In this document: piece by piece, positions 38,401-54,295 of the stretch | Numbering within the stretch: position 1 is the first letter of the stretch | Layout of the letters: every line of letters starts with the position of its first letter | Origin: Auanema rhodensis | Taxonomy: Eukaryota > Animalia > Nematoda | Reading direction: 5' to 3' | Length of the DNA: 64,000 nucleotides | Assembly: GCA_964057225.1 (NCBI GenBank) | Contig: OZ059900.1 | Coordinates: 25,482,001 to 25,546,000 of the forward strand | Made by a program: the position numbers and the translations under genes | Notes under the pieces: model-generated | Database searches by the model: none | Seen by the model: only the letters and a program-made list of their open reading frames with translations | Told to the model about the DNA's origin: nothing

Positions 38401-41400
38401 CCCCTGTTTTTTTGTCGTGGAAGTGGAACTAGACGTTGTACGAACAGTTTTGAGCTAGGTTTCATTGACATTGCATGAGTTTGAACACATGAAATCGTAA
38501 GTCAAAACCTTGTTTACAGCGAAATTTCCAAAAACTGGTTTTCCAGCATAATAAAATATTTCTCATGGGAAATACTGTGTTTTTGTATTTTTCTAGTGTT
38601 CAGCATGTAAAATGCTTCATTTTAGTATGTAACACGCTGAAATTCGTTGCATTTGACGACTCATATGAACAAAAATCGATTTAATCAATATTAGCCATAA
38701 GGGGCGTGCCCTCAGAATATGCTAATTTCCTTAATTTTCTAACCCCTGTTTTTTTGTCGTGAAAGTGGAACTAGACGTTGTACGAACAATTTTGAGCTAG
38801 GTTTCATTGACATTGCATGAGTTTGAACACATGAAATCGTAAGTCAAAACCTTGTTTACAGCGAAATTTCCAAAAACTGGTTTTCCAGCATAATAAAATA
38901 TTTCTCATGGGAAATACAGTGTTTTTGTATTTTTTTAGTGTTCAGCATGTAAAATGCGTCATTTTAGTATGTAAAACGCTGAAATTCGTTGCATTTGACG
39001 ACTCATATGAACAAAAATCGATTTTATCAATATTAGCCATAAGGGGCGTGCCCTCAGAATATGCTAATTTCCTTAATTTTCTAACCCCTGTTTTTTTGTC
39101 GTGAAAGTGGAACTAGACGTTGTACGAACAATTTTGAGCTAGGTTTCATTGACATTGCATGAGTTTGAACACATGAAATCGTAAGTCAAAACCTTGTTTA
39201 CAGCGAAATTTCCAAAAACTGGTTTTCCAGCATAATAAAATATTTCTCATGGGAAATACAGTGTTTTTGTATTTTTTTAGTGTTCAGCATGTAAAATGCG
39301 TCATTTTAGTATGTAAAACGCTGAAATTCGTTGCATTTGACGACTCATATGAACAAAAATCGATTTTATCAATATTAGCCATAAGGGGCGTGCCCTCAGA
39401 ATATGCTAATTTCCTTAATTTTCTAACCCCTGTTTTTTTGTCGTGAAAGTGGAACTAGACGTTGTACGAACAATTTTGAGCTAGGTTTCATTGACATTGC
39501 ATGAGTTTGAACACATGAAATCGTAAGTCAAAACCTTGTTTACAGCGAAATTTCCAAAAACTGGTTTTCCAGCATAATAAAATATTTCTCAAGGGAAAAA
39601 CTGTGTTTTTATATTTTTCTAGTGTTCAGCATGTAAAATGCTTCATTTTAGTATGTAACACGGTGAAATTCCTTGCATTTGACGACTCATATGAACAAAA
39701 ATCGATTTAATCAATATTAGCCATAAGGGGCGTGCCCTCAGAATATGCTAATTTCCTTAATTTTCTAACCCCTGTTTTTTTGTCGTGAAAGTGGAACTAG
39801 ACGTTGTACGAACAATTTTGAGCTAGGTTTCATTGACATTGCATGAGTTTGAACACATGCAATCGTAAGTCAAAACCTTGTTTACAGCGAAATTTCCAAA
39901 AACTGGTTTTCCAGCATAATAAAATATTTCTCATGGGAAAAACTGTGTTTTTGTATTTTTTTAATGTTCAGCATGTAGAATGCTTCATTTTGATATGTAA
40001 AACGCTGAAATTCGTTGCATTTGACGACTCATATGAACAAAAATCGATTTTATCAATATTAGCCATAAGGGGCGTGCCCTCAGAATATGCTAATTTCCTT
40101 AATTTTCTAACCCCTGTTTTTTTGTCGTGAAAGTGGAACTAGACGTTGTACGAACAATTTTGAGCTAGGTTTCATTGACATTGCATGAGTTTTAACACAT
40201 GAAATCGTAAGTCAAAACCTTGTTTACAGCGAAATTTCCAAAAACTGGTTTTCCAGCATAATAAAATATTTCTCATGGGAAATACAGTGTTTTTGTATTT
40301 TTTTAGTGTTCAGCATGTAAAATCCGTCATTTTTGTATGTAAAACGCTGAAATTCGTTGCATTTGACGACTCATATGAACAAAAATCGATTTAATCAATA
40401 TTAGCCATAAGGGGCGTGCCCTCAGAATATGCTAATTTCCTTAATTTTCTAACCCCTGTTTTTTTGTCGTGAAAGTGGAACTAGACGTTGTACGAACAAT
40501 TTTGAGCTAGGTTTCATTGACATTGCATGAGTTTTAACACATGAAATCGTAAGTCAAAACCTTGTTTACAGCGAAATTTATAAAACTGGTTTTCCAGCAT
40601 AATAAAATATTTCTCAAGGGAAAAACTGTGTTTTTATATTTTTCTAGTGTTCAGCATGTAAAATGCTTCATTTTAGTATGTAACACGCTGAAATTCCTTG
40701 CATTTGACGACTCATATGAACAAAAATCGATTTAATCAATATTAGCCATAAGGGGCGTGCCCTCAGAATATGCTAATTTCCTTAATTTTCTAACCCCTGT
40801 TTTTTTGTCGTGAAAGTGGAACTAGACGTTGTACGAACAATTTTGAGCTAGGTTTCATTGACATTGCATGAGTTTGAACACATGAAATCGTAAGTCAAAA
40901 CCTTGTTTACAGCGAAATTTCCAAAAACTGGTTTTCCAGCATAATACAATATTTCTCATGGGAAATACTGTGTTTTTATATTTTTCTAGTGTTCAGCATG
41001 TAAAATGCTTCATTTTAGTATGTAACACGCTGAAATTCGTTGCATTTGACGACTCATATGAACAAAAATCGATTTTATCAATATTAGCCATAAGGGGCGT
41101 GCCCTCAGAATATGCTAATTTCCTTAATTTTCTAACCCCTGTTTTTTTGTCGTGAAAGTGGAACTAGACGTTGTACGAACAGTTTTGAGCTAGGTTTCAT
41201 TGACATTGCATGAGTTTGAACACATGAAATCGTAAGTCAAAACCTTGTTTACAGCGAAATTTCCAAAAACTGGTTTTCCAGCATAATAAAATATTTCTCA
41301 TGGGAAATACTGTGTTTTTGTATTTTTCTAGTGTTCAGCATGTAAAATGCTTCATTTTAGTATGTAACACGCTGAAATTCGTTGCATTTGACGACTCATA

Positions 41401-41641
41401 TGAACAAAAATCGATTTAATCAATATTAGCCATAAGGGGCGTGCCCTCAGAATATGCTAATTTCCTTAATTTTCTAACCCCTGTTTTTTTGTCGTGAAAG
41501 TGGAACTAGACGTTGTACGAACAATTTTGAGCTAGGTTTCATTGACATTGCATGAGTTTGAACACATGAAATCGTAAGTCAAAACCTTGTTTACAGCGAA
41601 ATTTCCAAAAACTGGTTTTCCAGCATAATAAAATATTTCTC

Positions 41642-44600
41642 ATGGGAAATACAGTGTTTTTGTATTTTTTTAGTGTTCAGCATGTAAAATGCGTCATTTT
41701 AGTATGTAAAACGCTGAAATTCGTTGCATTTGACGACTCATATGAACAAAAATCGATTTTATCAATATTAGCCATAAGGGGCGTGCCCTCAGAATATGCT
41801 AATTTCCTTAATTTTCTAACCCCTGTTTTTTTGTCGTGAAAGTGGAACTAGACGTTGTACGAACAATTTTGAGCTAGGTTTCATTGACATTGCATGAGTT
41901 TGAACACATGAAATCGTAAGTCAAAACCTTGTTTACAGCGAAATTTCCAAAAACTGGTTTTCCAGCATAATAAAATATTTCTCAAGGGAAAAACTGTGTT
42001 TTTATATTTTTCTAGTGTTCAGCATGTAAAATGCTTCATTTTAGTATGTAACACGGTGAAATTCCTTGCATTTGACGACTCATATGAACAAAAATCGATT
42101 TAATCAATATTAGCCATAAGGGGCGTGCCCTCAGAATATGCTAATTTCCTTAATTTTCTAACCCCTGTTTTTTTGTCGTGAAAGTGGAACTAGACGTTGT
42201 ACGAACAATTTTGAGCTAGGTTTCATTGACATTGCATGAGTTTGAACACATGAAATCGTAAGTCAAAACCTTGTTTTCAGCGAAATTTCCAAAAACTGGT
42301 TTTCCAGCATAATACAATATTTCTCATAGGAAATACTGTGTTTTTGTATTTTTCTAGTGTTCAGAATGTAGAATGCTTCATTTTAGTACGTAACACGCTG
42401 AAATTCGTTGCATTTGACGACTCATATGAACAAAAATCGATTTAATCAATATTAGCCATAAGGGGCGTGCCCTCAGAATATGCTAATTTCCTTAATTTTC
42501 TAACCCCTGTTTTTTTGTCGTGAAAGTGGAACTAGACGTTGTACGAACAATTTTGAGCTAGGTTTCATTGACATTGCATGAGTTTGAACACATGAAATCG
42601 TAAGTCAAAACCTTGTTTACAGCGAAATTTCCAAAAACTGGTTTTCCAGCATAATAAAATATTTCTCATGGGAAATACTGTGTTTTTGTATTTTTCTAGT
42701 GTTCAGCATGTAAAATGCTTCATTTTAGTATGTAACACGCTGAAATTCGTTGCATTTGACGACTCATATGAACAAAAATCGATTTAATCAATATTAGCCA
42801 TAAGGGGCGTGCCCTCAGAATATGCTAATTTCCTTAATTTTCTAACCCCTGTTTTTTTGTCGTGAAAGTGGAACTAGACGTTGTACGAACAATTTTGAGC
42901 TAGGTTTCATTGACATTGCATGAGTTTGAACACATGAAATCGTAAGTCAAAACCTTGTTTACAGCGAAATTTCCAAAAACTGGTTTTCCAGCATAATAAA
43001 ATATTTCTCAAGGGAAAAACTGTGTTTTTATATTTTTTTAGTGTTCAGCATGTAAAATGCTTCATTTTAGTATGTAACACGGTGAAATTCCTTGCATTTG
43101 ACGACTCATATGAACAAAAATCGATTTAATCAATATTAGCCATAAGGGGCGTGCCCTCAGAATATGCTAATTTCCTTAATTTTCTAACCCCTGTTTTTTT
43201 GTCGTGAAAGTGGAACTAGACGTTGTACGAACAATTTTGAGCTAGGTTTCATTGACATTGCATGAGTTTGAACACATGAAATCGTAAGTCAAAACCTTGT
43301 TTACAGCGAAATTTCCAAAAACTGGTTTTCCAGCATAATACAATATTTCTCATGGGAAATACTGTGTTTTTGTATTTTTCTAGTGTTCAGCATGTAAAAT
43401 GCTTCATTTTAGTATGTAACACGCTGAAATTCGTTGCATTTAACGACTCATATGAACAAAAATCGATTTAATCAATATTAGCCATAAGGGGCGTGCCCTC
43501 AGAATATGCTAATTTCCTTAATTTTCTAACCCCTGTTTTTTTGTCGTGAAAGTGGAACTAGACGTTGTACGAACAATTTTGAGCTAGGTTTCATTGACAT
43601 TGCATGAGTTTGAACACATGAAATCGTAAGTCAAAACCTTGTTTACAGCGAAATTTCCAAAAACTGGTTTTCCAGCATAATAAAATATTTCTCATGGGAA
43701 ATACAGTGTTTTTGTATTTTTTTAGTGTTCAGCATGTAAAATGCGTCATTTTAGTATGTAAAACGCTGAAATTCGTTGCATTTGACGACTCATATGAACA
43801 AAAATCGATTTTATCAATATTAGCCATAAGGGGCGTGCCCTCAGAATATGCTAATTTCCTTAATTTTCTAACCCCTGTTTTTTTGTCGTGAAAGTGGAAC
43901 TAGACGTTGTACGAACAATTTTGAGCTAGGTTTCATTGACATTGCATGAGTTTGAACACATGAAATCGTAAGTCAAAACCTTGTTTACAGCGAAATTTCC
44001 AAAAACTGGTTTTCCAGCATAATACAATATTTCTCATGGGAAATACTGTGTTTTTGTATTTTTCTAGTGTTCAGAATGTAGAATGCTTCATTTTAGTACG
44101 TAACACGCTGAAATTCGTTGCATTTGACGACTCATATGAACAAAAATCGATTTAATCAATATTAGCCATAAGGGGCGTGCCCTCAGAATATGCTCATTTC
44201 CTTAATTTTCTAACCCCTGTTTTTTTGTCGTGAAAGTGGAACTAGACGTTGTACAAACAATTTTGAGCTAGGTTTCATTGACATTGCATGAGTTTGAACA
44301 CATGAAATCGTAAGTCAAAACCTTGTTTACAGCGAAATTTCCAAAAACTGGTTTTCCAGCATAATAAAATATTTCTCATGGGAAATACTGTGTTTTTGTA
44401 TTTTTCTAGTGTTCAGCATGTAAAATGCTTCATTTTAGTATGTAACACGCTGAAATTCGTTGCATTTGACGACTCATATGAACAAAAATCGATTTAATCA
44501 ATATTAGCCATAAGGGGCGTGCCCTCAGAATATGCTAATTTCCTTAATTTTCTAACCCCTGTTTTTTTGTCGTGAAAGTGGAACTAGACGTTGTACGAAC

Positions 44601-47600
44601 AATTTTGAGCTAGGTTTCATTGACATTGCATGAGTTTGAACACATGAAATCGTAAGTCAAAACCTTGTTTACAGCGAAATTTCCAAAAACTGGTTTTCCA
44701 GCATAATAAAATATTTCTCATGGGAAATACAGTGTTTTTGTATTTTTTTAGTGTTCAGCATGTGAAATGCGTCATTTTAGTATGTAAAACGCTGAAATTC
44801 GTTGCATTTGACGACTCATATGAACAAAAATCGATTTTATCAATATTAGCCATAAGGGGCGTGCCCTCAGAATATGCTAATTTCCTTAATTTTCTAACCC
44901 CTGTTTTTTTGTCGTGAAAGTGGAACTAGACGTTGTACGAACAATTTTGAGCTAGGTTTCATTGACATTGCATGAGTTTGAACACATGAAATCGTAAGTC
45001 AAAACCTTGTTTACAGCGAAATTTCCAAAAACTGGTTTTCCAGCATAATACAATATTTCTCATGGGAAATACTGTGTTTTTGTATTTTTCTAGTGTTCAG
45101 AATGTAGAATGCTTCATTTTAGTACGTAACACGCTGAAATTCGTTGCATTTGACGACTCATATGAACAAAAATCGATTTAATCAATATTAGCCATAAGGG
45201 GCGTGCCCTCAGAATATGCTAATTTCCTTAATTTTCTAACCCCTGTTTTTTTGTCGTGAAAGTGGAACTAGACGTTGTACGAACAATTTTGAGCTAGGTT
45301 TCATTGACATTGCATGAGTTTGAACACATGAAATCGTAAGTCAAAACCTTGTTTACAGCGAAATTTCCAAAAACTGGTTTTCCAGCATAATAAAATATTT
45401 CTCATGGGAAATACTGTGTTTTTGTATTTTTCTAGTGTTCAGCATGTAAAATGCTTCATTTTAGTATGTAACACGCTGAAATTCGTTGCATTTGACGACT
45501 CATATGAACAAAAATCGATTTAATCAATATTAGCCATAAGGGGCGTGCCCTCAGAATATGCTAATTTCCTTAATTTTCTAACCCCTGTTTTTTTGTCGTG
45601 AAAGTGGAACTAGACGTTGTACGAACAATTTTGAGCTAGGTTTCATTGACATTGCATGAGTTTGAACACATGAAATCGTAAGTTAAAACCTTGTTTACAG
45701 CGAAATTTCCAAAAACTGGTTTTCCAGCATAATAAAATATTTCTCATGGGAAATACAGTGTTTTTGTATTTTTTTAGTGTTCAGCATGTAAAATGCGTCA
45801 TTTTAGTATGTAAAACGCTGAAATTCGTTGCATTTGACGACTCATATGAACAAAAATCGATTTTATCAATATTAGCCATAAGGGGCGTGCCCTCAGAATA
45901 TGCTAATTTCCTTAATTTTCTAACCCCTGTTTTTTTGTCGTGAAAGTTCAACTAGACGTTGTACGAACAATTTTGAGCTAGGTTTCATTGACATTGCATG
46001 AGTTTGAACACATGAAATCGTAAGTCAAAACCTTGTTTACAGCGAAATTTCCAAAAACTGGTTTTCCAGCATAATAAAATATTTCTCAAGGGAAAAACTG
46101 TGTTTTTATATTTTTCTAGTGTTCAGCATGTGAAATGCTTAATTTTAGTATGTAACACGCTGAAATTTGTTGCATTTGACGACTCATATGAACAAAAATC
46201 GATTTAATCAATATTAGCCATAAGGGGCGTGCCCTCAGAATATGCTAATTTCCTTAATTTTCTAACCCCTGTTTTTTTGTCGTGAAAGTGGAACTAGACG
46301 TTGTACGAACAATTTTGAGCTAGGTTTCATTGACATTGCATGAGTTTGAACACATGAAATCGTAAGTCAAAACCTTGTTTACAGCGAAATTTCCAAAAAC
46401 TGGTTTTCCAGCATAATAAAATATTTCTCATGGGAAATACTGTGTTTTTGTATTTTTTTAGTGTTCAGCATGTAAAATGCGTCATTTTAGTATGTAAAAC
46501 GCTGAAATTCGTTGCATTTGACGACTCATATGAACAAAAATCGATTTAATCAATATTAGCCATAAGGGGCGTGCCCTCAGAATATGCTAATTTCCTTAAT
46601 TTTCTAACCCCTGTTTTTTTGTCGTGAAAGTGGAACTAGACGTTGTACGAACAATTTTGAGCTAGGTTTCATTGACATTGCATGAGTTTGAACACATGAA
46701 ATCGTAAGTCAAAACCTTGTTTACAGCGAAATTTCCAAAAACTGGTTTTCCAGCATAATAAAATATTTCTCATGGGAAATACAGTGTTTTTGTATTTTTT
46801 TAGTGTTCAGCATGTAAAATGCGTCATTTTAGTATGTAAAACGCTGAAATTCGTTGCATTTGACGACTCATATGAACAAAAATCGATTTTATCAATATTA
46901 GCCATAAGGGGCGTGCCCTCAGAATATGCTAATTTCCTTAATTTTCTAACCCCTGTTTTTTTGTCGTGAAAGTGGAACTAGACGTTGTACGAACAATTTT
47001 GAGCTAGGTTTCATTGACATTGCATGAGTTTGAACACATGAAATCGTAAGTCAAAACCTTGTTTACAGCGAAATTTCCAAAAACTGGTTTTCCAGCATAA
47101 TAAAATATTTCTCAAGGGAAAAACTGTGTTTTTATATTTTTCTAGTGTTCAGCATGTAAAATGCTTCATTTTAGTATGTAACACGGTGAAATTCCTTGCA
47201 TTTGACGACTCATATGAACAAAAATCGATTTAATCAATATTAGCCATAAGGGGCGTGCCCTCAGAATATGCTAATTTCCTTAATTTTCTAACCCCTGTTT
47301 TTTTGTCGTGAAAGTGGAACTAGACGTTGTACGAACAATTTTGAGCTAGGTTTCATTGACATTGCATGAGTTTGAACACATGAAATCGTAAGTCAAAACC
47401 TTGTTTTCAGCGAAATTTCCAAAAACTGGTTTTCCAGCATAATACAATATTTCTCATAGGAAATACTGTGTTTTTGTATTTTTCTAGTGTTCAGAATGTA
47501 GAATGCTTCATTTTAGTATGTAACACGCTGAAATTCGTTGCATTTGACGACTCATATGAACAAAAATCGATTTAATCAATATTAGCCATAAGGGGCGTGC

Positions 47601-50600
47601 CCTCAGAATATGCTAATTTCCTTAATTTTCTAACCCCTGTTTTTTTGTCGTGAAAGTGGAACTAGACGTTGTACGAACAATTTTGAGCTAGGTTTCATTG
47701 ACATTGCATGAGTTTGAACACATGAAATCGTAAGTCAAAACCTTGTTTACAGCGAAATTTCCAAAAACTGGTTTTCCAGCATAATAAAATATTTCTCATG
47801 GGAAATACTGTGTTTTTGTATTTTTCTAGTGTTCAGCATGTAAAATGCTTCATTTTAGTATGTAACACGCTGAAATTCGTTGCATTTGACGACTCATATG
47901 AACAAAAATCGATTTAATCAATATTAGCCATAAGGGGCGTGCCCTCAGAATATGCTAATTTCCTTAATTTTCTAACCCCTGTTTTTTTGTCGTGAAAGTG
48001 GAACTAGACGTTGTACGAACAATTTTGAGCTAGGTTTCATTGACATTGCATGAGTTTGAACACATGAAATCGTAAGTTAAAACCTTGTTTACAGCGAAAT
48101 TTCCAAAAACTGGTTTTCCAGCATAATAAAATATTTCTCATGGGAAATACAGTGTTTTTGTATTTTTTTAGTGTTCAGCATGTAAAATGCGTCATTTTAG
48201 TATGTAAAACGCTGAAATTCGTTGCATTTGACGACTCATATGAACAAAAATCGATTTTATCAATATTAGCCATAAGGGGCGTGCCCTCAGAATATGCTAA
48301 TTTCCTTAATTTTCTAACCCCTGTTTTTTTGTCGTGAAAGTTCAACTAGACGTTGTACGAACAATTTTGAGCTAGGTTTCATTGACATTGCATGAGTTTG
48401 AACACATGAAATCGTAAGTCAAAACCTTGTTTACAGCGAAATTTCCAAAAACTGGTTTTCCAGCATAATAAAATATTTCTCAAGGGAAAAACTGTGTTTT
48501 TATATTTTTCTAGTGTTCAGCATGTGAAATGCTTAATTTTAGTATGTAACACGCTGAAATTTGTTGCATTTGACGACTCATATGAACAAAAATCGATTTA
48601 ATCAATATTAGCCATAAGGGGCGTGCCCTCAGAATATGCTAATTTCCTTAATTTTCTAACCCCTGTTTTTTTGTCGTGAAAGTGGAACTAGACGTTGTAC
48701 GAACAATTTTGAGCTAGGTTTCATTGACATTGCATGAGTTTGAACACATGAAATCGTAAGTCAAAACCTTGTTTACAGCGAAATTTCCAAAAACTGGTTT
48801 TCCAGCATAATAAAATATTTCTCATGGGAAATACTGTGTTTTTGTATTTTTTTAGTGTTCAGCATGTAAAATGCGTCATTTTAGTATGTAAAACGCTGAA
48901 ATTCGTTGCATTTGACGACTCATATGAACAAAAATCGATTTAATCAATATTAGCCATAAGGGGCGTGCCCTCAGAATATGCTAATTTCCTTAATTTTCTA
49001 ACCCCTGTTTTTTTGTCGTGAAAGTGGAACTAGACGTTGTACGAACAATTTTGAGCTAGGTTTCATTGACATTGCATGAGTTTGAACACATGAAATCGTA
49101 AGTCAAAACCTTGTTTACAGCGAAATTTCCAAAAACTGGTTTTCCAGCATAATAAAATATTTCTCATGGGAAATACAGTGTTTTTGTATTTTTTTAGTGT
49201 TCAGCATGTAAAATGCGTCATTTTAGTATGTAAAACGCTGAAATTCGTTGCATTTGACGACTCATATGAACAAAAATCGATTTTATCAATATTAGCCATA
49301 AGGGGCGTGCCCTCAGAATATGCTAATTTCCTTAATTTTCTAACCCCTGTTTTTTTGTCGTGAAAGTGGAACTAGACGTTGTACGAACAATTTTGAGCTA
49401 GGTTTCATTGACATTGCATGAGTTTGAACACATGAAATCGTAAGTCAAAACCTTGTTTACAGCGAAATTTCCAAAAACTGGTTTTCCAGCATAATAAAAT
49501 ATTTCTCAAGGGAAAAACTGTGTTTTTATATTTTTCTAGTGTTCAGCATGTAAAATGCTTCATTTTAGTATGTAACACGGTGAAATTCCTTGCATTTGAC
49601 GACTCATATGAACAAAAATCGATTTAATCAATATTAGCCATAAGGGGCGTGCCCTCAGAATATGCTAATTTCCTTAATTTTCTAACCCCTGTTTTTTTGT
49701 CGTGAAAGTGGAACTAGACGTTGTACGAACAATTTTGAGCTAGGTTTCATTGACATTGCATGAGTTTGAACACATGAAATCGTAAGTCAAAACCTTGTTT
49801 TCAGCGAAATTTCCAAAAACTGGTTTTCCAGCATAATACAATATTTCTCATAGGAAATACTGTGTTTTTGTATTTTTCTAGTGTTCAGAATGTAGAATGC
49901 TTCATTTTAGTACGTAACACGCTGAAATTCGTTGCATTTGACGACTCATATGAACAAAAATCGATTTAATCAATATTAGCCATAAGGGGCGTGCCCTCAG
50001 AATATGCTAATTTCCTTAATTTTCTAACCCCTGTTTTTTTGTCGTGAAAGTGGAACTAGACGTTGTACGAACAATTTTGAGCTAGGTTTCATTGACATTG
50101 CATGAGTTTGAACACATGAAATCGTAAGTCAAAACCTTGTTTACAGCGAAATTTCCAAAAACTGGTTTTCCAGCATAATAAAATATTTCTCATGGGAAAT
50201 ACTGTGTTTTTGTATTTTTCTAGTGTTCAGCATGTAAAATGCTTCATTTTAGTATGTAACACGCTGAAATTCGTTGCATTTGACGACTCATATGAACAAA
50301 AATCGATTTAATCAATATTAGCCATAAGGGGCGTGCCCTCAGAATATGCTAATTTCCTTAATTTTCTAACCCCTGTTTTTTTGTCGTGAAAGTGGAACTA
50401 GACGTTGTACGAACAATTTTGAGCTAGGTTTCATTGACATTGCATGAGTTTGAACACATGAAATCGTAAGTCAAAACCTTGTTTACAGCGAAATTTCCAA
50501 AAACTGGTTTTCCAGCATAATAAAATATTTCTCAAGGGAAAAACTGTGTTTTTATATTTTTTTAGTGTTCAGCATGTAAAATGCTTCATTTTAGTATGTA

Positions 50601-53600
50601 ACACGGTGAAATTCCTTGCATTTGACGACTCATATGAACAAAAATCGATTTAATCAATATTAGCCATAAGGGGCGTGCCCTCAGAATATGCTAATTTCCT
50701 TAATTTTCTAACCCCTGTTTTTTTGTCGTGAAAGTGGAACTAGACGTTGTACGAACAATTTTGAGCTAGGTTTCATTGACATTGCATGAGTTTGAACACA
50801 TGAAATCGTAAGTCAAAACCTTGTTTACAGCGAAATTTCCAAAAACTGGTTTTCCAGCATAATACAATATTTCTCATGGGAAATACTGTGTTTTTGTATT
50901 TTTCTAGTGTTCAGCATGTAAAATGCTTCATTTTAGTATGTAACACGCTGAAATTCGTTGCATTTAACGACTCATATGAACAAAAATCGATTTAATCAAT
51001 ATTAGCCATAAGGGGCGTGCCCTCAGAATATGCTAATTTCCTTAATTTTCTAACCCCTGTTTTTTTGTCGTGAAAGTGGAACTAGACGTTGTACGAACAA
51101 TTTTGAGCTAGGTTTCATTGACATTGCATGAGTTTGAACACATGAAATCGTAAGTCAAAACCTTGTTTACAGCGAAATTTCCAAAAACTGGTTTTCCAGC
51201 ATAATAAAATATTTCTCATGGGAAATACAGTGTTTTTGTATTTTTTTAGTGTTCAGCATGTAAAATGCGTCATTTTAGTATGTAAAACGCTGAAATTCGT
51301 TGCATTTGACGACTCATATGAACAAAAATCGATTTTATCAATATTAGCCATAAGGGGCGTGCCCTCAGAATATGCTAATTTCCTTAATTTTCTAACCCCT
51401 GTTTTTTTGTCGTGAAAGTGGAACTAGACGTTGTACGAACAATTTTGAGCTAGGTTTCATTGACATTGCATGAGTTTGAACACATGAAATCGTAAGTCAA
51501 AACCTTGTTTACAGCGAAATTTCCAAAAACTGGTTTTCCAGCATAATACAATATTTCTCATGGGAAATACTGTGTTTTTGTATTTTTCTAGTGTTCAGAA
51601 TGTAGAATGCTTCATTTTAGTACGTAACACGCTGAAATTCGTTGCATTTGACGACTCATATGAACAAAAATCGATTTAATCAATATTAGCCATAAGGGGC
51701 GTGCCCTCAGAATATGCTCATTTCCTTAATTTTCTAACCCCTGTTTTTTTGTCGTGAAAGTGGAACTAGACGTTGTACAAACAATTTTGAGCTAGGTTTC
51801 ATTGACATTGCATGAGTTTGAACACATGAAATCGTAAGTCAAAACCTTGTTTACAGCGAAATTTCCAAAAACTGGTTTTCCAGCATAATAAAATATTTCT
51901 CATGGGAAATACTGTGTTTTTGTATTTTTCTAGTGTTCAGCATGTAAAATGCTTCATTTTAGTATGTAACACGCTGAAATTCGTTGCATTTGACGACTCA
52001 TATGAACAAAAATCGATTTAATCAATATTAGCCATAAGGGGCGTGCCCTCAGAATATGCTAATTTCCTTAATTTTCTAACCCCTGTTTTTTTGTCGTGAA
52101 AGTGGAACTAGACGTTGTACGAACAATTTTGAGCTAGGTTTCATTGACATTGCATGAGTTTGAACACATGAAATCGTAAGTCAAAACCTTGTTTACAGCG
52201 AAATTTCCAAAAACTGGTTTTCCAGCATAATAAAATATTTCTCATGGGAAATACAGTGTTTTTGTATTTTTTTAGTGTTCAGCATGTGAAATGCGTCATT
52301 TTAGTATGTAAAACGCTGAAATTCGTTGCATTTGACGACTCATATGAACAAAAATCGATTTTATCAATATTAGCCATAAGGGGCGTGCCCTCAGAATATG
52401 CTAATTTCCTTAATTTTCTAACCCCTGTTTTTTTGTCGTGAAAGTGGAACTAGACGTTGTACGAACAATTTTGAGCTAGGTTTCATTGACATTGCATGAG
52501 TTTGAACACATGAAATCGTAAGTCAAAACCTTGTTTACAGCGAAATTTCCAAAAACTGGTTTTCCAGCATAATACAATATTTCTCATGGGAAATACTGTG
52601 TTTTTGTATTTTTCTAGTGTTCAGAATGTAGAATGCTTCATTTTAGTACGTAACACGCTGAAATTCGTTGCATTTGACGACTCATATGAACAAAAATCGA
52701 TTTAATCAATATTAGCCATAAGGGGCGTGCCCTCAGAATATGCTAATTTCCTTAATTTTCTAACCCCTGTTTTTTTGTCGTGAAAGTGGAACTAGACGTT
52801 GTACGAACAATTTTGAGCTAGGTTTCATTGACATTGCATGAGTTTGAACACATGAAATCGTAAGTCAAAACCTTGTTTACAGCGAAATTTCCAAAAACTG
52901 GTTTTCCAGCATAATAAAATATTTCTCATGGGAAATACTGTGTTTTTGTATTTTTCTAGTGTTCAGCATGTAAAATGCTTCATTTTAGTATGTAACACGC
53001 TGAAATTCGTTGCATTTGACGACTCATATGAACAAAAATCGATTTAATCAATATTAGCCATAAGGGGCGTGCCCTCAGAATATGCTAATTTCCTTAATTT
53101 TCTAACCCCTGTTTTTTTGTCGTGAAAGTGGAACTAGACGTTGTACGAACAATTTTGAGCTAGGTTTCATTGACATTGCATGAGTTTGAACACATGAAAT
53201 CGTAAGTTAAAACCTTGTTTACAGCGAAATTTCCAAAAACTGGTTTTCCAGCATAATAAAATATTTCTCATGGGAAATACAGTGTTTTTGTATTTTTTTA
53301 GTGTTCAGCATGTAAAATGCGTCATTTTAGTATGTAAAACGCTGAAATTCGTTGCATTTGACGACTCATATGAACAAAAATCGATTTTATCAATATTAGC
53401 CATAAGGGGCGTGCCCTCAGAATATGCTAATTTCCTTAATTTTCTAACCCCTGTTTTTTTGTCGTGAAAGTTCAACTAGACGTTGTACGAACAATTTTGA
53501 GCTAGGTTTCATTGACATTGCATGAGTTTGAACACATGAAATCGTAAGTCAAAACCTTGTTTACAGCGAAATTTCCAAAAACTGGTTTTCCAGCATAATA

Positions 53601-54295
53601 AAATATTTCTCAAGGGAAAAACTGTGTTTTTATATTTTTCTAGTGTTCAGCATGTGAAATGCTTAATTTTAGTATGTAACACGCTGAAATTTGTTGCATT
53701 TGACGACTCATATGAACAAAAATCGATTTAATCAATATTAGCCATAAGGGGCGTGCCCTCAGAATATGCTAATTTCCTTAATTTTCTAACCCCTGTTTTT
53801 TTGTCGTGAAAGTGGAACTAGACGTTGTACGAACAATTTTGAGCTAGGTTTCATTGACATTGCATGAGTTTGAACACATGAAATCGTAAGTCAAAACCTT
53901 GTTTACAGCGAAATTTCCAAAAACTGGTTTTCCAGCATAATAAAATATTTCTCATGGGAAATACTGTGTTTTTGTATTTTTTTAGTGTTCAGCATGTAAA
54001 ATGCGTCATTTTAGTATGTAAAACGCTGAAATTCGTTGCATTTGACGACTCATATGAACAAAAATCGATTTAATCAATATTAGCCATAAGGGGCGTGCCC
54101 TCAGAATATGCTAATTTCCTTAATTTTCTAACCCCTGTTTTTTTGTCGTGAAAGTGGAACTAGACGTTGTACGAACAATTTTGAGCTAGGTTTCATTGAC
54201 ATTGCATGAGTTTGAACACATGAAATCGTAAGTCAAAACCTTGTTTACAGCGAAATTTCCAAAAACTGGTTTTCCAGCATAATAAAATATTTCTC
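41642..54295. repeat. 15-mer (5130 bp) - internally deleted 7-mer - 15-mer HOR
   Basis: 41642-46771 matches 49166-54295 monomer by monomer (+7524): TTTTCAG/CATAGG, TTTAACG, TGCTCAT/TACAAAC, AGTTAA, AGTTCAA, GCTTAAT/TTTGTTG. 46772-49165 carries only the first 3 and last 4 monomer types. Confidence 0.9.
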
